Assembly: GCA_022865685.1 (NCBI GenBank)
Contig: JALHUB010000301.1
Location: 1-32,226 of the forward strand
DNA: 32,226 nucleotides
Source of the DNA: Dehalococcoidia bacterium
GTDB lineage: Bacteria > Chloroflexota > Dehalococcoidia > DSTF01 > JALHUB01
Reading direction: 5' to 3'
Shown: one piece after another, positions 31,336 to 32,226 of the stretch
Layout of the letters: every line of letters starts with the position of its first letter
How positions within the stretch are numbered: the stretch's first letter is position 1
Position numbers and translations under genes: made by a program
The notes under the pieces: model-generated
The model's database searches: none
What the model saw: the letters and a program-made list of their open reading frames with translations, nothing else
Told to the model about the DNA's origin: nothing

Positions 31336-31458
31336 GAGGAAAAGGCTCGGGCTCAGCATCCTGCAGACCGCTCGGTCTGTGACTGGTAGCCTCCAACATA
31401 TGTCCTAGACACTTGTCTCATTCTTTGGCTCCACTTGTCATAGAACCCCTCACTGGGA

Positions 31459-31487
31459 TTGACAAGCCGTGCGGCGCCTTCTACGTT
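31459..31487 (+). promoter_or_regulatory. Putative promoter into the non-coding structured region
   Basis: TTGACA-N17-TACGTT; shares TTGACAAGC with the copy-1 promoter. Confidence 0.45.
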
Positions 31488-31996
31488 TGGGGTGGGTCCA
31501 GCGCTTGCGTTGGAATCGCGCGGGAGACGCCCCCAAGGAAGCAGCCTGGCAAGGATGCCGTCTGCCTCCTACTGGTTGGGGTGTCTCTTCCGTGCAACAA
31601 GCGTCAACTGGTGGCCCACTCGACTTGTACTCTCCCCGCCTTGGACAGCTGTTTGCTGTCTTGACCCCGTGGCAGAGGGCATCGATGCTTGGTCGTGGTG
31701 TATCTACGACGCACGCCGCCGGCGCTGCGGCGCCCAGGCTGGGCATGAGGGCGCGCCGCAGGCCTCCTTCGAGAATGGGAAGAACCCGCCCATCGTCCTC
31801 TGCCGCCATCATGACTGTTGCGGTGAGGATGCTGTTCCCGTTCCCGTCGGGGGCCGGCGCGGCGCGCCGTTGAGGCTAGGCGGGCTTCCCGCGTGGTTAA
31901 CAATAGGGGTCCGGCATTTCCGCGATGGGCGGCAGCGCGAAGAAGCGCGCGGTGTGCCGCCGGACAAACAATAAATGTGAAGGGGGAGCACAAACA

Positions 31997-32226
31997 ATGA
32001 AAAAGATGCGTTGGATAGCAATGGTGGTGGTGGTGGTGGCTGTGAGCTTGTTGGGTCTGACCTCATTCGCTGCGCGCACCAGTGCGGGCAGCATTCTGGC
32101 GGTGGTTGGGCCAATCTTCATCCCTGCCCAAGATGATATCGGCACCTGTAATAATACTTGGGCTGTGGACAGCTTCAACAAGACCTATACGATTACCAAC
32201 GTCAGCGGGAACACGTACGATATACA
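31997..32226 (+). CDS. Secreted hypothetical protein, truncated by the window edge
   Basis: Not in the ORF track. RBS GGGGGAG; MKKMRWIAMVVVVVAVSLLGLTSFAARTSA signal peptide, then GSILAVVGPIFIPAQDDIGTCNNTWAVDSFNKTYTITNVSGNTYDI, open to the end. Confidence 0.8.
   Translation, partial: MKKMRWIAMVVVVVAVSLLGLTSFAARTSAGSILAVVGPIFIPAQDDIGTCNNTWAVDSFNKTYTITNVSGNTYDI

Larger units (their letters stand above)
29746..31426 (+). repeat. Tandem duplication, period ~835 bp (unit 1 ~29746-30552; unit 2 ~30582-31426)
   Basis: Direct alignment of upstream region, promoter, leader, CDS and downstream tail; 108-nt identical block 30063-30170 = 30897-31004; 39-nt indel at 31362-31400. Confidence 0.97.

Noticed and set aside
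31535-31546. SRP RNA, because AAGGAAGCAGCC matches the 3' side of helix 8
   Set aside because: The required 5' side (CAGG..CC-GNRA) is absent, so the SRP54-binding loop cannot form.
31920-31965. Fluoride or c-di-GMP riboswitch before the last gene
   Set aside because: Only GCGATGG resembles the fluoride motif; the other conserved elements of either class are missing.
31450-31993. ORFs 31459-31974 (+), 31450-31812 (-), 31604-31993 (-), including an HNH-like fragment NPPIVLCRHH
   Set aside because: No RBS, low-information composition, and the rest of an HNH motif is missing; a decayed gene cannot be excluded but is unsupported.
32022-32040. (GTG)5 repeat as a phase-variation tract
   Set aside because: An in-frame trinucleotide run encoding Val in the signal peptide; slippage would not shift the frame.

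Overview
GC-rich bacterial chromosomal window. The gene set and style suggest Chloroflexota, possibly Dehalococcoidia-like (inference, not database-checked). Positions 1-29.6 kb are mostly core genes: a MoxR/DUF58/transglutaminase-type operon, a SAM methyltransferase, a zincin, a MATE transporter, a four-gene CoA-transferase A/B + DUF35 + thiolase module, rex, mreB-murA, a complete F1Fo ATP synthase operon (atpZ-B-E-F-H-A-G-D-C), a site-2 protease/HD/tyrA/aroA/remA/gmk operon, dedA + beta-propeller + secreted SLT-like/BACON protein, a DUF6391-like gene and tRNA-Arg(TCT). After the tRNA, a lower-GC accessory region carries a ~835-bp tandem duplication. Each unit has a promoter, a ~125-nt leader, a regulator with an N-terminal LuxR-type HTH and a C-terminal PAS domain, and a palindromic tail. 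The recognition-helix/linker DNA is identical between copies while the PAS core is strongly diverged. Structured non-coding DNA and a truncated secreted-protein gene follow. Other notable points are Rex boxes on the rex and atp promoters, a Cys-to-Asp MurA, a probable CTG start for dedA and an 89-bp convergent gene overlap. All calls are by eye from motifs; no searches or folding were run.
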